DNA from: an uncultured Methanoregulaceae archaeon
Lineage (GTDB): Archaea > Halobacteriota > Methanomicrobia > Methanomicrobiales > Methanospirillaceae
Reading direction: 5' to 3'
DNA length: 64,000 nucleotides
Assembly: GCA_963841015.1 (NCBI GenBank)
Contig: CAWJAX010000003.1
Location: 32,001-96,000, forward strand
Position numbers and translations under genes: made by a program. Shown one piece after another: positions 63,141-64,000 of this stretch (positions are counted from its first letter, which is position 1; every line of letters starts with the position of its first letter). Below the pieces are notes generated by a model that was given only the letters and a program-made list of their open reading frames with translations, made no database searches and had not been told where the DNA came from.

Positions 63141-63683
63141 ATGCCCGACGCAGAACACAGTACAGAACAAAACGAAGCACAGGGTTCCGGTTTGGTAGAA
63201 AATCCCGAGCCGGAATCTCAACGGCATGCAGCTGAGCTCGAAGCGCAAAAGAAAGCCTTTGCCGAATTACACGATCAACACATAAGGCTTGCTGCAGATT
63301 TTGAAAATTTCAAAAAACGTACAGCTCGTGAAAGGGAGACTCTCATCTCACTTGCAAATGAACGGTTCGCCATTGACATTCTCGAAGTGGTGGACAACTT
63401 TGAACGGGCATTAAAAACGGATGATACTCACCTGCGAGAAGGTATCCTTCAGATCAGGCAGCTCCTTAATGCCCAATTGCTGCGCAATGGGATAACTCCC
63501 CTGGATGCACAACAAAAACAATTCAATCCTGCAGAACATGAAGCCATTGCTCATATCAATTCAGAAGAACCGGCGGGCACCGTGATTGATGAAGTTTCAC
63601 GCGGGTATCGTATGCATGACAAAGTAATAAGATACGCAAAAGTTGTCGTATCCAAAGGAAATCAGAAAGATCAGGAGGTATAA
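63141..63683 (+). CDS. grpE: nucleotide exchange factor GrpE
   Basis: ADFENFKKR, FNPAEHEAI, GY..VIRYAKVVV. Confidence 0.94.
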   Translation: MPDAEHSTEQNEAQGSGLVENPEPESQRHAAELEAQKKAFAELHDQHIRLAADFENFKKRTARERETLISLANERFAIDILEVVDNFERALKTDDTHLREGILQIRQLLNAQLLRNGITPLDAQQKQFNPAEHEAIAHINSEEPAGTVIDEVSRGYRMHDKVIRYAKVVVSKGNQKDQEV

Positions 63684-63686
63684 AAA

Positions 63687-64000
63687 ATGGCAAAAGAGAA
63701 GGTTTTGGGAATCGATCTGGGAACAACCTTTTCCTGTATGTCTATCATGGAGGCAGGAAAGCCGATCGTGATCCCAAACGCAGAAGGAGGACGGACCACC
63801 GCATCGATAGTCGCATTCACCAAAGAAGGAGAACGACTGGTCGGGAGTCTGGCCAAACGCCAGGCGGTTACCAACCCCCAGCGGACAATCCAGTCGATTA
63901 AACGTAAGATGGGATCGACTGAAAAAATCAAGATTGACGATAAGAACTATTCACCCCAGGAAATCTCGGCTATGATCCTGCAGAAGATGAAAGTCGATGC
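63687..64000 (+). CDS. dnaK: chaperone DnaK (5' part, runs off the window)
   Basis: [38 protein letters not shown]; GGAGG RBS. Confidence 0.95.
   Translation, partial: MAKEKVLGIDLGTTFSCMSIMEAGKPIVIPNAEGGRTTASIVAFTKEGERLVGSLAKRQAVTNPQRTIQSIKRKMGSTEKIKIDDKNYSPQEISAMILQKMKVD

Overview
Chromosomal segment of a methanogenic archaeon. The gene content (F420-linked split glutamate synthase, ArfC reductase, archaeal CCA-adding enzyme, PGF-pre-PGF/PKD surface protein, grpE-dnaK) suggests Methanomicrobiales, probably Methanoregula-like; this is an inference. It carries housekeeping genes (trm5-like, metG, tRNA-Phe, cca, thpR, purH, grpE, dnaK start), acetate uptake/activation genes, an oxidative-stress/iron cluster, a BCAA-type ABC transporter, a copper cluster, a large nitrogen-assimilation cluster with two NrpR-type operators, and a class III RNR locus. 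About ten genes carry single-base frameshifts, most likely sequencing errors. No CRISPR array or transposase was seen. Best leads: (1) a dispersed, apparently structured intergenic repeat family (14952-15321, 18291-18497, 30655-30745); (2) an NrdD lacking its C-terminal Zn-site/glycyl-radical domain; (3) a GCACCA-N14-TGGTGC palindrome upstream of both the acetate channel and the acyl-CoA synthetase; (4) a 19-nt hairpin motif shared by both amtB leaders; (5) a degenerate HNH gene flanked by foldable DNA.
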